Positions 21,733 through 37,511 are shown, counted from the first letter of the stretch. The stretch: 64,000 nt of DNA from Alphaproteobacteria bacterium (GCA_964291675.2 OZ219866.1:1024001-1088000); one strand, 5' to 3'. Numbers and translations: made by a program. The notes: a model not told the origin generated them from the letters alone.

Positions 21733-22896
21733 GTGCGAAGACAGGACTTTGTGTTCACCAGCGAATCCGTGTCCGAAGGGCATCCCGACAAGGTGAGCGA
21801 CCGGATCTCCGATGCCGTGGTCGATGCCTATCTGTCCGCCGATCCCGACTCCCGGGTGGCGTGCGAGACGCTGACCACCACCAACCGGATCGTCATCGCC
21901 GGCGAGGTCCGCGGCCCGGTCGACCCGCAGGCCATGGAGGGCGTGGCGCGCGAGGCGGTGCGCGACATCGGCTATGAGCAGGACGGGTTCCACTGGGAGA
22001 ATGCGGAGGTCGCGGTCTATCTGCACGCCCAGTCGACCGACATAGCCCAGGGCGTCGATGCCTCCGGCAACAAGGACCAGGGCGCCGGCGACCAGGGCAT
22101 CATGTTCGGCTTCGCCTGCGACGAGACGCCGTCGCTGATGCCCGCGCCGATCCACTACGCGCACGCCATCCTGCGATCAATCGCCGAGGCCAGGCATGCC
22201 GGCGGGGTGGACGGCTTCGGCCCGGACTCGAAGAGCCAGATCTCGCTGCTCTACCAGGACGGGCGCCCGGTCCGGGCGACCTCGGTCGTGGTGTCCACGC
22301 AGCACGATCCCGGCCTCGACCAGGACGCGGTGCGCGAGCTCGTCCGCCCGCATGTCCTCGACGTATTGCCGGACAGCTGGATGTGTCCGGAAGAGGAGTT
22401 TTATGTCAATCCGACGGGCCGCTTCGTGATCGGCGGGCCGGACGGCGATTGCGGGCTCACCGGCCGCAAGATCGTCGTCGACACCTATGGCGGCGCCGCG
22501 CCGCATGGCGGCGGCGCGTTCTCCGGCAAGGACCCCAGCAAGGTCGACCGTTCCGCCGCCTACGCCGCGCGCTACGTGGCAAAGAACGTGGTCGCCGCGG
22601 GGCTCGCTTCGCGCTGCACCATCCAGGTCTCCTACGCCATCGGCGTCGCCAAGCCGCTTTCGGTCTATGTCGACACGGAAGGGACGGCGACGGTCGCCGA
22701 GGAACGGGTCGCCGGCGCGATCCAGGAAGTCGTGGATCTGTCGCCGCGCGGCATCCGCGACCGGCTCCGGCTGTTGCGGCCGATCTACGCCCGCACCGCG
22801 GCCTACGGCCATTTCGGGCGCGACCCGGAGCCCGATGGCGGCTTCTCCTGGGAGAAGCTCGATCTCCTCGACGACCTGAGGAGCGCCTTGACCTAG
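21733..22896 (+). CDS. metK: S-adenosylmethionine synthase
   Basis: [35 protein letters not shown]. Confidence 0.98.
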   Translation: MRRQDFVFTSESVSEGHPDKVSDRISDAVVDAYLSADPDSRVACETLTTTNRIVIAGEVRGPVDPQAMEGVAREAVRDIGYEQDGFHWENAEVAVYLHAQSTDIAQGVDASGNKDQGAGDQGIMFGFACDETPSLMPAPIHYAHAILRSIAEARHAGGVDGFGPDSKSQISLLYQDGRPVRATSVVVSTQHDPGLDQDAVRELVRPHVLDVLPDSWMCPEEEFYVNPTGRFVIGGPDGDCGLTGRKIVVDTYGGAAPHGGGAFSGKDPSKVDRSAAYAARYVAKNVVAAGLASRCTIQVSYAIGVAKPLSVYVDTEGTATVAEERVAGAIQEVVDLSPRGIRDRLRLLRPIYARTAAYGHFGRDPEPDGGFSWEKLDLLDDLRSALT

Positions 22897-22909
22897 ATTC
22901 GTTCCGGCG

Positions 22910-23617
22910 GTGGAAGAATCGAGGCGCATCCTCTACGGGCGGCGGCGCGGGCGAAAGCTGCGCGGCGGCCAGCAGGCCCTGCTCGACGACATCGTGCCGG
23001 GGCTGGAAATCCCGCCCGGCCCGACGTCGCATCCGGTCGATCCGGCGGCGCTGTTCGACCGCCCGGTGCGCGAGGTCTGGCTGGAGGTCGGCTTCGGCGC
23101 CGGCGAGCACCTGCTGGCCCAGGCGGCGGCCAACCGCGATGTCGGGCTGATCGGCTGCGAGCCCTATGTGACCGGCGTGGTGCGCATGGTACGCGGTCTC
23201 CGCGAAGCCCGGCTCGACAACATCCGCCTCTGGCGCGACGATGCCAGGCTGCTTGTCGACCGCCTCGCCGACGGTTCGCTTGCCCGGGTGTTCGTGCTGT
23301 TCCCCGATCCCTGGCCGAAGCGCCGCCATCACAAGCGGAGGTTCGTCTCCGCCCCGGTGCTCGAACGTCTCGCCGCGGTCATGCGGGACGACGCCGAGCT
23401 CCGCCTGGCGACCGACGACGCGGGCTATCTGGTCTGGATCCTCGCCCATCTGTGGCGTTCGCAGAGCTTCGCCTGGACCGCCAGGGCGCCGTCCGACTGG
23501 CGCCGCCGGCCGTCCGACTGGCCGGCCACGCGCTATGAGCTCAAGGCGTTGCAGCAGGGCCGGAGCTGCACCTACCTGCGCTATCGACGGCGCCCGCGCG
23601 GGGCAAAACCCCCTTGA
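22910..23617 (+). CDS. trmB: tRNA (guanine-N7)-methyltransferase
   Basis: LEVGFGAGEHL, FPDPWPKRRHHKRR, ATDD, TRYELKA. Confidence 0.95.
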   Translation: MEESRRILYGRRRGRKLRGGQQALLDDIVPGLEIPPGPTSHPVDPAALFDRPVREVWLEVGFGAGEHLLAQAAANRDVGLIGCEPYVTGVVRMVRGLREARLDNIRLWRDDARLLVDRLADGSLARVFVLFPDPWPKRRHHKRRFVSAPVLERLAAVMRDDAELRLATDDAGYLVWILAHLWRSQSFAWTARAPSDWRRRPSDWPATRYELKALQQGRSCTYLRYRRRPRGAKPP

Positions 23618-23642
23618 AACCCGGCGCGCGAGGCCGTATCTT
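23614..23642 (+). promoter_or_regulatory. Putative sigma70 promoter of the rimP-nusA-infB operon
   Basis: TTGAAA-17 nt-TATCTT. Confidence 0.6.
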
Positions 23643-23676
23643 CCGGGCGGCTGGAAAAATTGCGTGGCACAACAAG

Positions 23677-23704
23677 AAAGTGGGCTCGCCGCCCGCTTTT
23701 TTTT
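23677..23704 (+). terminator. rimP leader hairpin plus U-tract (attenuator)
   Basis: aaagtgggc-tcgcc-gcccgcttt followed by a T run, in the known position of the rimP leader. Confidence 0.75.
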
Positions 23705-23737
23705 GTCGTTGCCGCCGCGCGGAAGGTTTGCATCGCA

Positions 23738-24229
23738 TTGGAAGCGATCGGCGAGGTCGAAAGGATCGTGGGGCCGCCCATCGAGGGGCTGGGCTACGAC
23801 CTCGTTCGGGTCCGCGTGACCGGCGCGGCGACGCCGACTTTGCAGATCATGGCCGAGCGCAAGGACCGGCGCGAGATGAGCGTCGACGACTGCGCCGAAA
23901 TCTCCCGCCTGGTCTCCGCGCTGCTCGATGTCGAGGACCCGATCGCCGGGTCGTACACGCTGGAGGTCTCTTCGCCCGGTCTCGACCGGCCGCTGGTCCG
24001 CGCCGAAGACTACGAACGGTTCGCCGGTTGCGAGGTGCGCATCGAGACGCGCCGGGCGCTCCAGGGGCGCAAGCGTTTCCGCGGCCTCCTGGTCGGCCGG
24101 CGCGGCCCGGACGTGGTGGTCGCCGACGGGCAGGTCGAGCACGTCATCCCTTTCGGCGAGGTATTGCGGGGCAAGCTGATGCTGACCGACGCGGCGATCG
24201 CCGAGGCAATGAAAGGACGGGGTAGGTAG
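23738..24229 (+). CDS. rimP: Ribosome maturation factor RimP
   Basis: LQIMAER, DDCAEISR, YTLEVSSPGLDRPL, GRKRFRG; start approximate (TTG). Confidence 0.93.
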   Translation: MEAIGEVERIVGPPIEGLGYDLVRVRVTGAATPTLQIMAERKDRREMSVDDCAEISRLVSALLDVEDPIAGSYTLEVSSPGLDRPLVRAEDYERFAGCEVRIETRRALQGRKRFRGLLVGRRGPDVVVADGQVEHVIPFGEVLRGKLMLTDAAIAEAMKGRGR

Positions 24230-24234
24230 TCACC

Positions 24235-25845
<1,611 letters not shown>

Positions 25846-25869
25846 TCCCGCCGCGACGGAGACGCCGCC

Positions 25870-26472
25870 TTGACCGCGCAGCGCCACCCGCCAGAACCCG
25901 CCGGCAACACGAGGCGTTGCCTGGTGAGCCGCGAGTGCCAGCCGCGGGAGCGGATGCTGCGCTTCGTGGTCGGCCCGGATCGCGAGATCGTGCCCGATAT
26001 CGCTTGCCGCCTGCCGGGACGCGGATTGTGGCTGCAATCGCGCCGGGATATAGTCGACCGCGCCGCGGCGACCAACGCCTTCGCCAGAGCGTCCCGGTGC
26101 CACGTGACGGTGCCGGACGCGCTCGCCGATCAGGTCGAGCGCCTGCTGGCGGCGCGCTGTATCGACCTTATCGGGTTCGCGCGGCGCGCCGGCAGCGCGC
26201 TGACCGGTTTCGAGGCGGCGAGGCGCGCGCTGCAGCGGGGAGGAGCGGCGCTCCTCCTGGTGGCCGCCGACGGGTCCATGCGCCAGCGGAGCCGCTTGCC
26301 GCTGGCGCGTGTGCGTGACCGCGTGGTCGACGTGCTGCTTTCGTCCGAACTCGGCGGCGCGTTCGGCCGCGACGCGGTGACATACGCGGTGCTGGGCCAG
26401 GACCGTCTCGCCGGACGGGTCTGGACCGACGCCGGGAGGCTGGCTGGATTTCGCACGGCGCAGAAGAGTTGA
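25870..26472 (+). CDS. YlxR (DUF448)/L7Ae-like RNA-binding protein
   Basis: RRCLVS, RFVVGP, LPGRGLW; position between nusA and infB. Confidence 0.88.
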   Translation: MTAQRHPPEPAGNTRRCLVSRECQPRERMLRFVVGPDREIVPDIACRLPGRGLWLQSRRDIVDRAAATNAFARASRCHVTVPDALADQVERLLAARCIDLIGFARRAGSALTGFEAARRALQRGGAALLLVAADGSMRQRSRLPLARVRDRVVDVLLSSELGGAFGRDAVTYAVLGQDRLAGRVWTDAGRLAGFRTAQKS

Positions 26473-26477
26473 ACGAT

Positions 26478-29075
26478 ATGAGCGAGCAGAAAGAGACGGA
26501 ACCGGCGAAGAAGAGGCTCAGCCTGTCACGGCCCGGCCGGCTCGAACTGAAGAAGACGGTCGACGCCGGACAGGTCCGCCAGAGCTTCTCGCACGGCCGC
26601 ACCAAGGCCGTCGCGGTCGAGGTGCGCCGCAAGCGGACATTCGCTCAATCCGCCGACGGCGGGATGACGGAGGTCAAGTCCGTCCCGGCCGAGCGGGAGC
26701 CGGTGACGGCGGAGGCGGTTGCCCAACCCGAGGCCGCCGCCGCTGGCGTTGCGCCCGTCGAGGAGGGGCAGCGCGGCCAGCCGCGCGAGCTGACCGAGCA
26801 GGAGAAAGCCGCGCGTGCCCGCGCGCTCGTCGGGCTCAAGCAGGCGGAGACCGAGCGGCAGGCGGCGGAGGAGGCGCGCCGGGCGCTCGAAAGAGCGGCC
26901 GAGGAAGAGCGCCGGCAGAGGGAGCAGGAGCGGGCCGCGCGCGAGCGCGCCGAGGCCGAGGCGCGCGCCCTCGAAGCGGAGCGCGCGGCGGAAGCGGAGG
27001 TTGAGGCGAAGGCCGCGGCCCAGGCCACCGCCCCGGCGAAGCCGGAGCCCGAGCCGCCCGCCCGACCGGCCGCCAAGGCGGCCGATACGCAGGCCGAGGA
27101 GGCCGAGACCGAACGGCCGCGCGGACGCAAGTCCGGCCGTCAGGACCAGCGGCGGCTTGCCCCCAAGCGGGGAGAGCCGCGCCGGCGCGGCGGCCGTCTG
27201 ACGATCGCGCAGGCGCTCGACGACGAGGAGCGCCAGCGCAGCCTGGCGTCGCTGCGCCGGCTCCGCGAGCGCGAGAAGCGCGCGCAGCGGCGCTCGGACG
27301 AGCCGATCGCCAAGGTCGTCCGCGACGTCGTGGTGCCCGAGACCATCACCGTGCAGGATTTGGCGAGCCGCATGGCGCAGCGCGCGCCGGATGTCATCAA
27401 GACGCTCATGGGCATGGGGATCATGGCCACCATCAACCAGTCTCTGGACGCCGACACGGCCGAGCTTGTGGTCGGCGAGTACGGCCACAAGGTGAAGCGT
27501 GTCAGCGACGCCGATGTCGAGATCGGCATCAGGGGCGAGGACGACACCGACACCGAGCTGGTGCCGCGGCCGCCGGTGGTCACGGTGATGGGTCACGTCG
27601 ATCACGGCAAGACGTCGCTGCTCGATGCGCTGCGCAAGTCCAACGTCGCCGCCGGAGAGGCCGGCGGCATCACGCAGCATATCGGCGCCTATCAGGTGAC
27701 CCTCCCCGGCGGCGATCAGAAGATCACCTTCATCGACACCCCGGGCCACGCCGCGTTCACAGCGATGCGGGCCCGCGGCGCCAACGTCACCGATATCGTG
27801 ATCCTGGTGGTCGCCGCCGATGACGGGGTGATGCCGCAGACCGTCGAGGCCATCGATCACGCGCGCGCCGCCGACGTGCCGATCATCGTCGCGATCAACA
27901 AGATCGACCGGCCCAACGCCGATCCCGCGCGGGTGCGCAACGAGTTGTTGCAGCACGAGCTGGTGGCCGAGGAGTTCGGCGGCGATGTGCTCTCGGTCGA
28001 CGTGTCGGCGGTCGAGGGCACCAATCTCGACAAGCTGCTGGAGACCGTGGTTCTCCAGGCCGAGGTGCTCGAGCTCAGGGCCAACCCCGACCGTTCCGCC
28101 GACGGCGTGGTGATCGAATCCAAGCTCGAGCGGGGCCGCGGCTCGGTGGCGACGCTGCTGGTCCAGCGCGGCACGCTCAGCACGGGGGACATCTTGGTCG
28201 CCGGCAGCGAGTGGGGCCGCGTGCGGGCGATCTTCGACGACGGCGGCGAGCAGACCGCTTCGGCCGGCCCTTCGGTGCCGGTGGAAATCCTCGGCCTCAA
28301 CGGAACGCCCGCGGCGGGCGACGAGTTCTCGGTGGTCGAGAACGAGATGCGGGCCCGCGAGATCACCGAATTCCGCGTCCGCCGCGAGCGCGATGCGCGC
28401 GCCGCGCGGGCCGCGCGCGGTAGCGTCGAACAGATGTTCTCCAATATCGGACGCGAGCAGAAGAAGGAGTTCGCGCTGGTCATCAAGGCCGACGTGCAGG
28501 GCTCGGTCGAGGCGATTCAGGCCAATGCGGAGAGCTTCTCCACCGACGAGGTCGGTGTGCGCGTGCTGCATGCCGGCGTCGGCGGGATCAACGAATCCGA
28601 CGTGACCCTGGCGTCGGCGTCCGACGCCGTGATCGTCGGGTTCAACGTCCGCGCCGGACCCCAGGGGCGCCAGCTCGCCGCCCAGGATCGCGTCGAGATC
28701 CGCTACTACTCGGTAATCTACGACGTGCTCGACGACATCAAGGCGGTGCTGACCGGCATGCTGGCGCCGATGGCGCGCGAGCATTTCCTCGGCAATGCCG
28801 AGATTCTGCAGGTGTTCAACATCTCGAAGCTCGGCCGCGTCGCCGGCTGCAGGGTTTCCGAGGGGCTCGTGCGGCGGGGCTCGCGGGTGCGGCTGCTGCG
28901 CGACAACGTGGTGGTCCACGAAGGCACGCTGTCGAGCCTCAGGCGGTTCAAGGACGAGGTGCGCGAGGTCCGCGAAGGGTTCGAATGCGGCATGGCGTTC
29001 GAGAACTATCAGGATCTCAAGGAACGCGACGTCATCGAGTGCTTCGACGTCGAGGAGGTCGCCCGGACGCTGTAA
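26478..29075 (+). CDS. infB: Translation initiation factor IF-2
   Basis: [31 protein letters not shown]. Confidence 0.98.
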   Translation: MSEQKETEPAKKRLSLSRPGRLELKKTVDAGQVRQSFSHGRTKAVAVEVRRKRTFAQSADGGMTEVKSVPAEREPVTAEAVAQPEAAAAGVAPVEEGQRGQPRELTEQEKAARARALVGLKQAETERQAAEEARRALERAAEEERRQREQERAARERAEAEARALEAERAAEAEVEAKAAAQATAPAKPEPEPPARPAAKAADTQAEEAETERPRGRKSGRQDQRRLAPKRGEPRRRGGRLTIAQALDDEERQRSLASLRRLREREKRAQRRSDEPIAKVVRDVVVPETITVQDLASRMAQRAPDVIKTLMGMGIMATINQSLDADTAELVVGEYGHKVKRVSDADVEIGIRGEDDTDTELVPRPPVVTVMGHVDHGKTSLLDALRKSNVAAGEAGGITQHIGAYQVTLPGGDQKITFIDTPGHAAFTAMRARGANVTDIVILVVAADDGVMPQTVEAIDHARAADVPIIVAINKIDRPNADPARVRNELLQHELVAEEFGGDVLSVDVSAVEGTNLDKLLETVVLQAEVLELRANPDRSADGVVIESKLERGRGSVATLLVQRGTLSTGDILVAGSEWGRVRAIFDDGGEQTASAGPSVPVEILGLNGTPAAGDEFSVVENEMRAREITEFRVRRERDARAARAARGSVEQMFSNIGREQKKEFALVIKADVQGSVEAIQANAESFSTDEVGVRVLHAGVGGINESDVTLASASDAVIVGFNVRAGPQGRQLAAQDRVEIRYYSVIYDVLDDIKAVLTGMLAPMAREHFLGNAEILQVFNISKLGRVAGCRVSEGLVRRGSRVRLLRDNVVVHEGTLSSLRRFKDEVREVREGFECGMAFENYQDLKERDVIECFDVEEVARTL

Positions 29076-29113
29076 CACCGGCTCCGGGCGCCGCCCCGCA
29101 GCGGACGGGACCC

Positions 29114-29509
29114 ATGGCACGGCGCCGGCATTCGGCTCGCGGTCCATCGCAACGGCAGCTCCGGGTGGGCGAGGCCGTGCGCCACGCCCTCAGCCGCCTG
29201 TTCGAGCGCGGCGCGATCAGGGACCCGGAGCTCGCCGGCGTGCCGCTCACCATCTCCGAGGTGGCGATGAGCCCGGATCTCAGGGTGGCCACCGCCTACG
29301 TGCTGCCGCTTGGCGCCGGCGAGGCGGAGAGGGAGGCCGCGGTGGCGGCGCTCAACCGCATCGGGCCGGCGCTGCGGCGCATGCTGGCGCCGATGGTCTC
29401 GCTCAAGTTCCTGCCCGATCTCAGATTCGTCGCCGACACCCGCTTCGACCGGGCGGGACGGATCGAGGCGCTGCTGGATCGGGCCCGCGGCGCCGCCGAT
29501 GAGCCGTAG
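29114..29509 (+). CDS. rbfA: Ribosome-binding factor A
   Basis: SQRQLRVGE, EVAMSPDLRVA, KFLPDLRF..DTRFD. Confidence 0.95.
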   Translation: MARRRHSARGPSQRQLRVGEAVRHALSRLFERGAIRDPELAGVPLTISEVAMSPDLRVATAYVLPLGAGEAEREAAVAALNRIGPALRRMLAPMVSLKFLPDLRFVADTRFDRAGRIEALLDRARGAADEP

Positions 29510-30428
29510 ACGCAAGGGCCGGCCGGTCCACGGCTGGATCGTTGTCGACAAGCCGAAGGGCATGTCGTCCGCCCACGCCGTCGCCCGGGTCCGCCGTATC
29601 GCCGGCGCGGCCAAGGCCGGCCATGGCGGCACGCTGGACCCGCTGGCAACCGGCGTCCTGCCGGTCGCGCTCGGCGAGGCGACCAAGACGGCGGCCTGGG
29701 CGATGGCCGGCGACAAGACCTACCGGTTCACCCTGCGCTGGGGCGAAAGCCGAGACACCGACGACCCCGAAGGCGCGGTGACCGGGACCAGCGAGGCGCG
29801 CCCCGCCGAGGCCCGGGTGCTGGCGGTACTGGATCGCTTCACCGGCGACATTCTCCAGCGCCCGCCGCGCTATTCCGCGCTCAAGCTGGACGGGCGGCGC
29901 TCCTACGACCTCGCCCGCGCGGCGGTCGATTTCGAGCTGCCGGAACGCGTTGTTGCCGTGCGGGCGCTGGTCCTGACCGGCATGCCGGATGCCGACCGCG
30001 CGGTCTTCGAAATGCGCTGCGGCAAGGGCACCTATGTACGCAGCCTCGCGCGCGACCTCGCGCTTGCGCTCGGCACCGTCGGCCATGCCGAGGAGATCCG
30101 CCGCCTCGCGGTCGGGCCCTTCGCGGAGGCGGACTCGATTCCGCTGGATAAACTCGAGAAGCTGGTGCATAGTGCGCCGGCGCAGGATTACCTGTTGCCG
30201 ATCGAGGCCGCGCTGGACGACATCCCGGCCGTGCCCGTATCGGAAACGCAGGCTTCCTTGCTGAGGCACGGCCAACCCGTCCGCATATCCGCTCGAGAGC
30301 GGTGCGTCATCGCGGCCGAACGTGTTGCCGAGGGCGGCACTGTGGTTGCGATGGGCGAGGGCGGTGCGGTCGCGCTCGCGCGCGTCGAGGACGGGGCAAT
30401 CCGCCCGACGCGGGTGATCAACCCGTAA
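29499..30428 (+). CDS. truB: tRNA pseudouridine(55) synthase
   Basis: [38 protein letters not shown]. Confidence 0.97.
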   Translation: MSRRRKGRPVHGWIVVDKPKGMSSAHAVARVRRIAGAAKAGHGGTLDPLATGVLPVALGEATKTAAWAMAGDKTYRFTLRWGESRDTDDPEGAVTGTSEARPAEARVLAVLDRFTGDILQRPPRYSALKLDGRRSYDLARAAVDFELPERVVAVRALVLTGMPDADRAVFEMRCGKGTYVRSLARDLALALGTVGHAEEIRRLAVGPFAEADSIPLDKLEKLVHSAPAQDYLLPIEAALDDIPAVPVSETQASLLRHGQPVRISARERCVIAAERVAEGGTVVAMGEGGAVALARVEDGAIRPTRVINP

Positions 30429-30438
30429 CCTGGAGTCC

Positions 30439-30711
30439 ATGATGTCGATCACGTCCGCTCGCAAGGCCGAGCTCGTCAGCGAATACGGCACCGACCCGGC
30501 CGATACGGGCTCGCCCGAGGTACAGGTCGCGATCCTGTCCGAACGGATCCTCAACCTCACCGAACACCTCAAGGAACACAAGAAGGACTACCACTCGCGC
30601 CGCGGTCTGCTGATGATGGTGGGTCAAAGGCGCCGCCTGCTCGACTATCTCAAGCGCAAGGACCAGTCCCGCTACACCACGCTGATCGGGCGTCTGGGGC
30701 TGCGCCGCTAG
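30439..30711 (+). CDS. rpsO: 30S ribosomal protein S15
   Basis: [27 protein letters not shown]. Confidence 0.98.
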   Translation: MMSITSARKAELVSEYGTDPADTGSPEVQVAILSERILNLTEHLKEHKKDYHSRRGLLMMVGQRRRLLDYLKRKDQSRYTTLIGRLGLRR

Positions 30712-30878
30712 GCGCGCGCGGCCGGGCGGGCCCGAGACGGTGACGATGGGCGCATGGAGGCTCCGGCGCAGAGCCGCCCGGGCGCCGCGCGCCCGTTCCG
30801 AACGCGGGACGATTTCATTTTGAACACGCATGCATGGCGCGCCGCACAGGGCGGCGCGCCGTCAGGAAGGATGGAAGA

Positions 30879-33020
30879 ATGTTTACGATTCATCGGAAGG
30901 AACTGACCTGGGGCGGCCGCAAGCTGGTCATCGAGACCGGCCGGCTCGCCCGTCAGGCGGACGGCGCCGTGCTCGTGACCTATGGCGAGACCACCGTGCT
31001 CTGCACCGCCGTGGCTGAGAACCAGCCCCGCGCGGGCATCGATTTCTTTCCGCTCACGGTCAACTACCAGGAAAAGGCCTTTGCGGCCGGGCGCATCCCG
31101 GGCGGCTTCTTCAAGCGCGAAGGCCGCCCGTCGGAGAAGGAAACCCTGACCTCGCGGCTGATCGACCGGCCGATCCGCCCGCTGTTCGCCAGCGGCTTCC
31201 GCAACGAGACGCAGGTCATCTGCACCGTCCTCAGCCACGATCTCGAGAACGATCCCGACATCCCGGCCCTGGTCGGCAGCTCGGCCGCGCTGACCATCTC
31301 CGGGATACCCTTCCTCGGGCCGATCTTCGGCGCCCGGATCGGCTATGTCGCCGGCGAGTATGTGCTCAACCCGCGCATCGACGAGCTGGAGAACTCGACC
31401 CTCGACATGGTGGTCGCCGGTACCGCGGACGCGGTGCTGATGGTCGAGTCGGAAGCCCGGTCGCTGTCCGAGGAGGAGATGCTGGGCGCGGTGATGTTCG
31501 CCCAGAGGGAGAGCCGTCCGGTCGTCGAGGCGATCATCTCGCTCGCCGAGGACTGCGCCAAGGAGCCCTGGGATCTGGATCCGGCCGATCCGGCGCAGGC
31601 CGGGATCGAGGAGCAGGTGCGCGCGCTCGCCGAGGCGCCGCTGCGCGAGGCCTATGCCGAGCGGATCAAGCAGTCGCGGGTGGACAAGATCGCCCAGGCC
31701 AAGGCGGCGGCGCTTGAGGCGCTCGCCGAGACCCACCCGGCCGATGCCGTCGCCGGCGCGCTCAAGACGGTCGAGAAGGACATCGTCCGCAACGCGATCC
31801 TCGACACCGGCGACCGGATCGACGGGCGGGACACCAGGACCGTCAGGCCGATCGAGGCCGAGGTCGGCATCCTGCCCAGGCTGCACGGCAGCGCCCTGTT
31901 CACCCGCGGCGAGACGCAGGCGCTGGTGGTGGCGACGCTCGGCACCGGCCAGGACGAGCAGATCGTCGACGCCCTCGAAGGCGAGTACCGCGAGCATTTC
32001 ATGCTGCACTACAATTTCCCGCCCTATTCGGTCGGCGAGGCGAGCTTCCTGCGCGCCCCCGGGCGGCGCGAGATCGGCCACGGCAAGCTCGCCTGGCGCG
32101 CGGTGCGGGCGATGATGCCGTCCAAGGACGACTTCCCCTACACCGTCCGCGTGGTCTCGGAGATCACCGAATCCAACGGCTCGTCGTCGATGGCCACCGT
32201 CTGCGGCGCCTCGCTGGCGATGATGGATGCGGGCGTGCCCATCAGGGCGCCGGTCGCCGGGATCGCCATGGGCCTGATCAAGGAGGGCGAGCGCTTCGCC
32301 GTCCTGTCCGACATTCTCGGCGACGAGGACCATCTGGGCGACATGGACTTCAAGGTCGCGGGTACCCGCGACGGGGTCACCGCGCTCCAGATGGACATCA
32401 AGATCACCGGGATCACCGAGGAGATCATGCGCACCGCGCTGGAGCAGGCGCGCGACGGCCGGCTCCACATCCTCGACAACATGGACCGGGCGCTGTCGAG
32501 CGCGCGCGAGGGGATCAGCGAGCACGCGCCGCGGATCACCGCGCTGAGCATCCCGCGCGATAAGATCCGCGAGGTCATCGGCACCGGCGGCAAGGTGATC
32601 CGCGAGATCTGCGAGGTGACCGGCGCCAAGATCGACATCGAGGACGACGGGACCGTCAAGGTCGCGGCGGTCGATTCCGGGGCCGCGGACAAGGCGATCG
32701 AATGGATCCGCGGCATCGTCGCCGAGCCCGAGGTCGGCGTGATCTATGGCGGCAAGGTGGTCAAGGTGGTCGATTTCGGCGCTTTCGTGAACTTCCTCGG
32801 CGCGCGCGACGGCCTGGTGCACATCAGCGAGCTCGCGCCGCGCCGCGTCGGCAAGGTGACCGACGTGGTCAACGAGGGCGACGAGGTGAAGGTCAAGGTG
32901 CTGGGTATCGACGACCGGGGCAAGGTGCGCCTGTCGATGAAGGTCGTCGACCAGGAGACCGGCGAGGACATCTCCGACAAGCGCGCCCAGCCCAAGGAGG
33001 CGGTGCCCGGCGGCGCCTGA
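30879..33020 (+). CDS. pnp: Polyribonucleotide nucleotidyltransferase
   Basis: [45 protein letters not shown] and S1 domains. Confidence 0.98.
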   Translation: MFTIHRKELTWGGRKLVIETGRLARQADGAVLVTYGETTVLCTAVAENQPRAGIDFFPLTVNYQEKAFAAGRIPGGFFKREGRPSEKETLTSRLIDRPIRPLFASGFRNETQVICTVLSHDLENDPDIPALVGSSAALTISGIPFLGPIFGARIGYVAGEYVLNPRIDELENSTLDMVVAGTADAVLMVESEARSLSEEEMLGAVMFAQRESRPVVEAIISLAEDCAKEPWDLDPADPAQAGIEEQVRALAEAPLREAYAERIKQSRVDKIAQAKAAALEALAETHPADAVAGALKTVEKDIVRNAILDTGDRIDGRDTRTVRPIEAEVGILPRLHGSALFTRGETQALVVATLGTGQDEQIVDALEGEYREHFMLHYNFPPYSVGEASFLRAPGRREIGHGKLAWRAVRAMMPSKDDFPYTVRVVSEITESNGSSSMATVCGASLAMMDAGVPIRAPVAGIAMGLIKEGERFAVLSDILGDEDHLGDMDFKVAGTRDGVTALQMDIKITGITEEIMRTALEQARDGRLHILDNMDRALSSAREGISEHAPRITALSIPRDKIREVIGTGGKVIREICEVTGAKIDIEDDGTVKVAAVDSGAADKAIEWIRGIVAEPEVGVIYGGKVVKVVDFGAFVNFLGARDGLVHISELAPRRVGKVTDVVNEGDEVKVKVLGIDDRGKVRLSMKVVDQETGEDISDKRAQPKEAVPGGA

Positions 33021-33157
33021 GGGCGCCCGCCGCCGCCCGATCCCGGAGCGGACGCCGCGCCTGCGGCAATAGGCGCGGCGCGGTTTCTGCTGGCCGTCCG
33101 GGATTTCGTTCATATATTGGCTTGACGCGGCGCTTCCGGATCCCGAGGAGGCTGGAG

Positions 33158-34555
33158 CTGAGAGACCTCAAGCCCGTGACGATCTCCGGCAAGGAGGTCC
33201 CGCCGCTCGTGGAAGGCGGCAAGGGCATCGCAGTCTCCAATGGCGAGAGCTGCGGCGCCTGGGCGTCGGCGGGCGGGGTCGGCACCTTCTCCGGCGTCAA
33301 CGCCGATGCCTTCGATGCCGACGGCGCGCTGATCCCGGTCCGCTATGGCGGGCGCACGCGGCGCGACCGCCACGAGGAGCTGCTGGCCTACGCCATCCAG
33401 GGCGGCATCTCCCAGGCCCGCATCGCCCACGAGATGGCCGCCGGCCAGGGCCGCATCCACATGAACGTGCTGTGGGAGATGGCCGGCGCGGAGCGCGTGC
33501 TGCGCGGCGTGCTGACCGGCGCCAGGGGGCTGATCCACGGCGTCACCTGCGGCGCCGGCATGCCCTACCGCATCGCCGAGATCGCCGCCGAGCACAAGGT
33601 CTATTATTATCCGATCGTCTCCTCCGCGCGGGCTTTCCGCGCGCTTTGGAAGCGCGCCTATCACAAGTTCTCGCAGTGGCTGGGCGGGGTGGTCTACGAG
33701 GACCCCTGGCGGGCCGGGGGGCATAACGGGCTGTCCAACAGCGAGGACCCGAACGAGCCGCAGGAGCCCTTGCCGCGGGTCAGCGAGCTGCGTCAGACGA
33801 TGGCGCAGATGGGGCTCGACGAGACCCCGATCTTCATGGCCGGCGGGGTCTGGTATCTGCGCGAATGGGGCGACTGGTTCGACAACCCGGAAATCGGCCC
33901 CGTCGCGTTCCAGTTCGGTACCCGCCCCCTGCTCACCCGGGAGAGCCCGATCTCGCCGCAATGGAAACGCCGGCTGCTCGAGCTCAGGGAAGGCGACGTC
34001 TCGCTCAACAAGTTCAGCCCCACCGGGTTCTATTCCTCGGCGGTGTTCAACACCTTCCTCGACGAGCTGCGGGAGCGCTCGGAGCGCCAGATCAGCTTCG
34101 CCAGCGAGCCGATCGGGGCGCTCGACTGCGAGCTGCTGGTCGGGCCCCGCGCGCGGCGCATCTACGTCACCGCGAACGACAAGGCCTGCGCCGAGGCGTG
34201 GATGGGACAGGGCCACACCGAAGGTCTGCGCACCCCGGACTCGACGATCATCTTCACCACCCCCGAGAAGGCGCGCGAGATCCGCACCGACCAGGCCAAC
34301 TGCATGGGCTGCCTGTCGGCCTGCTTCTTCTCCAACTGGTCGCAGAACGAGTCCGGCACCACCGGGCGCAAGGCCGACCCCAGATCCTACTGCATCCAGA
34401 AGACGCTGCAGGACATCGCCCATGGCGGGCAGGTCGACGAGCAGCTGATGTTCGCCGGCCACAACGCCTATCGGTTCCGCGACGACCCGTTCTATTCCAA
34501 CGGCTTCGTCCCCACCGTCCGGCAGCTGGTCGACCGCCTGCTGACCGGCGACTGA
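33158..34555 (+). CDS. NAD(P)H-dependent flavin oxidoreductase (nitronate monooxygenase-like family)
   Basis: PLVEGGKGI, GAGMPY, YEDPWRAGGHNG, AFQFGTRPL, CMGCLSAC, CIQKTL; start probably CTG 33158, otherwise GTG 33176. Confidence 0.85.
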   Translation: MRDLKPVTISGKEVPPLVEGGKGIAVSNGESCGAWASAGGVGTFSGVNADAFDADGALIPVRYGGRTRRDRHEELLAYAIQGGISQARIAHEMAAGQGRIHMNVLWEMAGAERVLRGVLTGARGLIHGVTCGAGMPYRIAEIAAEHKVYYYPIVSSARAFRALWKRAYHKFSQWLGGVVYEDPWRAGGHNGLSNSEDPNEPQEPLPRVSELRQTMAQMGLDETPIFMAGGVWYLREWGDWFDNPEIGPVAFQFGTRPLLTRESPISPQWKRRLLELREGDVSLNKFSPTGFYSSAVFNTFLDELRERSERQISFASEPIGALDCELLVGPRARRIYVTANDKACAEAWMGQGHTEGLRTPDSTIIFTTPEKAREIRTDQANCMGCLSACFFSNWSQNESGTTGRKADPRSYCIQKTLQDIAHGGQVDEQLMFAGHNAYRFRDDPFYSNGFVPTVRQLVDRLLTGD

Positions 34556-34571
34556 GCCCTCCCTCCCGGTT

Positions 34572-34588
34572 ATTTGACTTGTTCCAAA
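34572..34588. promoter_or_regulatory. Irr-box (ICE)-like site upstream of irr
   Basis: ATTTGACTTGTTCCAAA, 14/17 match to TTTRGAAYNRTTCYAAA. Confidence 0.5.
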
Positions 34589-34648
34589 CTGCGGCGGTCT
34601 CTATTGTAATTGAAGTGTAATGACCGGCCCGGCATACGAGTTCCGGCG

Positions 34649-35080
34649 ATGCAACGCTCCTATACGCCGCTGATCGAGACGCTGAGGCGCCATGGCCTGC
34701 GCCCGACCCGCCAGCGCCTCGCGCTGGCCAAGCTGCTGTTCACCGGAGCCAACCGCCATGTCAGCGCCGAGCGTTTGCACGAGGAGGCGCTCGGCGCCGG
34801 GGCGAGCGTCTCGCTGGCGACCGTCTACAACACGCTGAACCAGTTCACCGCCGTCGGCCTGCTGCGCGAGGTGATCGTCGATCCCGACCGGTCCTATTTC
34901 GACACCAACACGGCCGATCATCATCACCTGTACTTCCAGGACACCGGCCGCCTCGAGGACATCGAGGCTGCGGAAGTGCGGATCGGCGAGCTGCCCGACC
35001 CACCGGCCGGGACGACGATCGCCAGGGTCGATCTGGTCATCCGCCTGACCGGCCGCCCGGACCGGCCCGGCGGTCGTTAG
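34649..35080 (+). CDS. irr: Iron response regulator Irr (Fur family)
   Basis: GLRPTRQRLAL, VSLATVYNTLNQF, YFDTNTADHHH, VDLVIRL. Confidence 0.88.
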   Translation: MQRSYTPLIETLRRHGLRPTRQRLALAKLLFTGANRHVSAERLHEEALGAGASVSLATVYNTLNQFTAVGLLREVIVDPDRSYFDTNTADHHHLYFQDTGRLEDIEAAEVRIGELPDPPAGTTIARVDLVIRLTGRPDRPGGR

Positions 35081-35092
35081 AACCATTCCAAC
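35076..35092. promoter_or_regulatory. Irr-box (ICE)-like palindrome beside the putative katG promoter
   Basis: GTTAGAA-CCA-TTCCAAC, 15/17 match to consensus; followed by TTGACC (35096) and GTAAAT/TAAATG (about 35119). Confidence 0.65.
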
Positions 35093-35164
35093 CTATTGAC
35101 CCTCATCGCCGACTCCCTGTAAATGTGCTCATCGGCGCCTGACGGCGGTGGCGCGAACGCATGA

Positions 35165-37432
<2,268 letters not shown>

Positions 37433-37463
37433 TCCCGCAGGCAGGGTACGAAGCTTCCAGTCC

Positions 37464-37499
37464 GCGGCCCGGCCGGCGATCGGCCGGGCCGCATTCTTT
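37464..37499 (+). terminator. Probable intrinsic terminator after katG
   Basis: 12-bp stem gcggcccggccg/cggccgggccgc followed by attcttt. Confidence 0.6.
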
Positions 37500-37511
37500 G
37501 GGGGATTGCCG

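Noticed and set aside
26760-27300. Low-complexity Glu/Ala/Arg repeats
   Set aside because: Normal variable N-terminal region of IF-2
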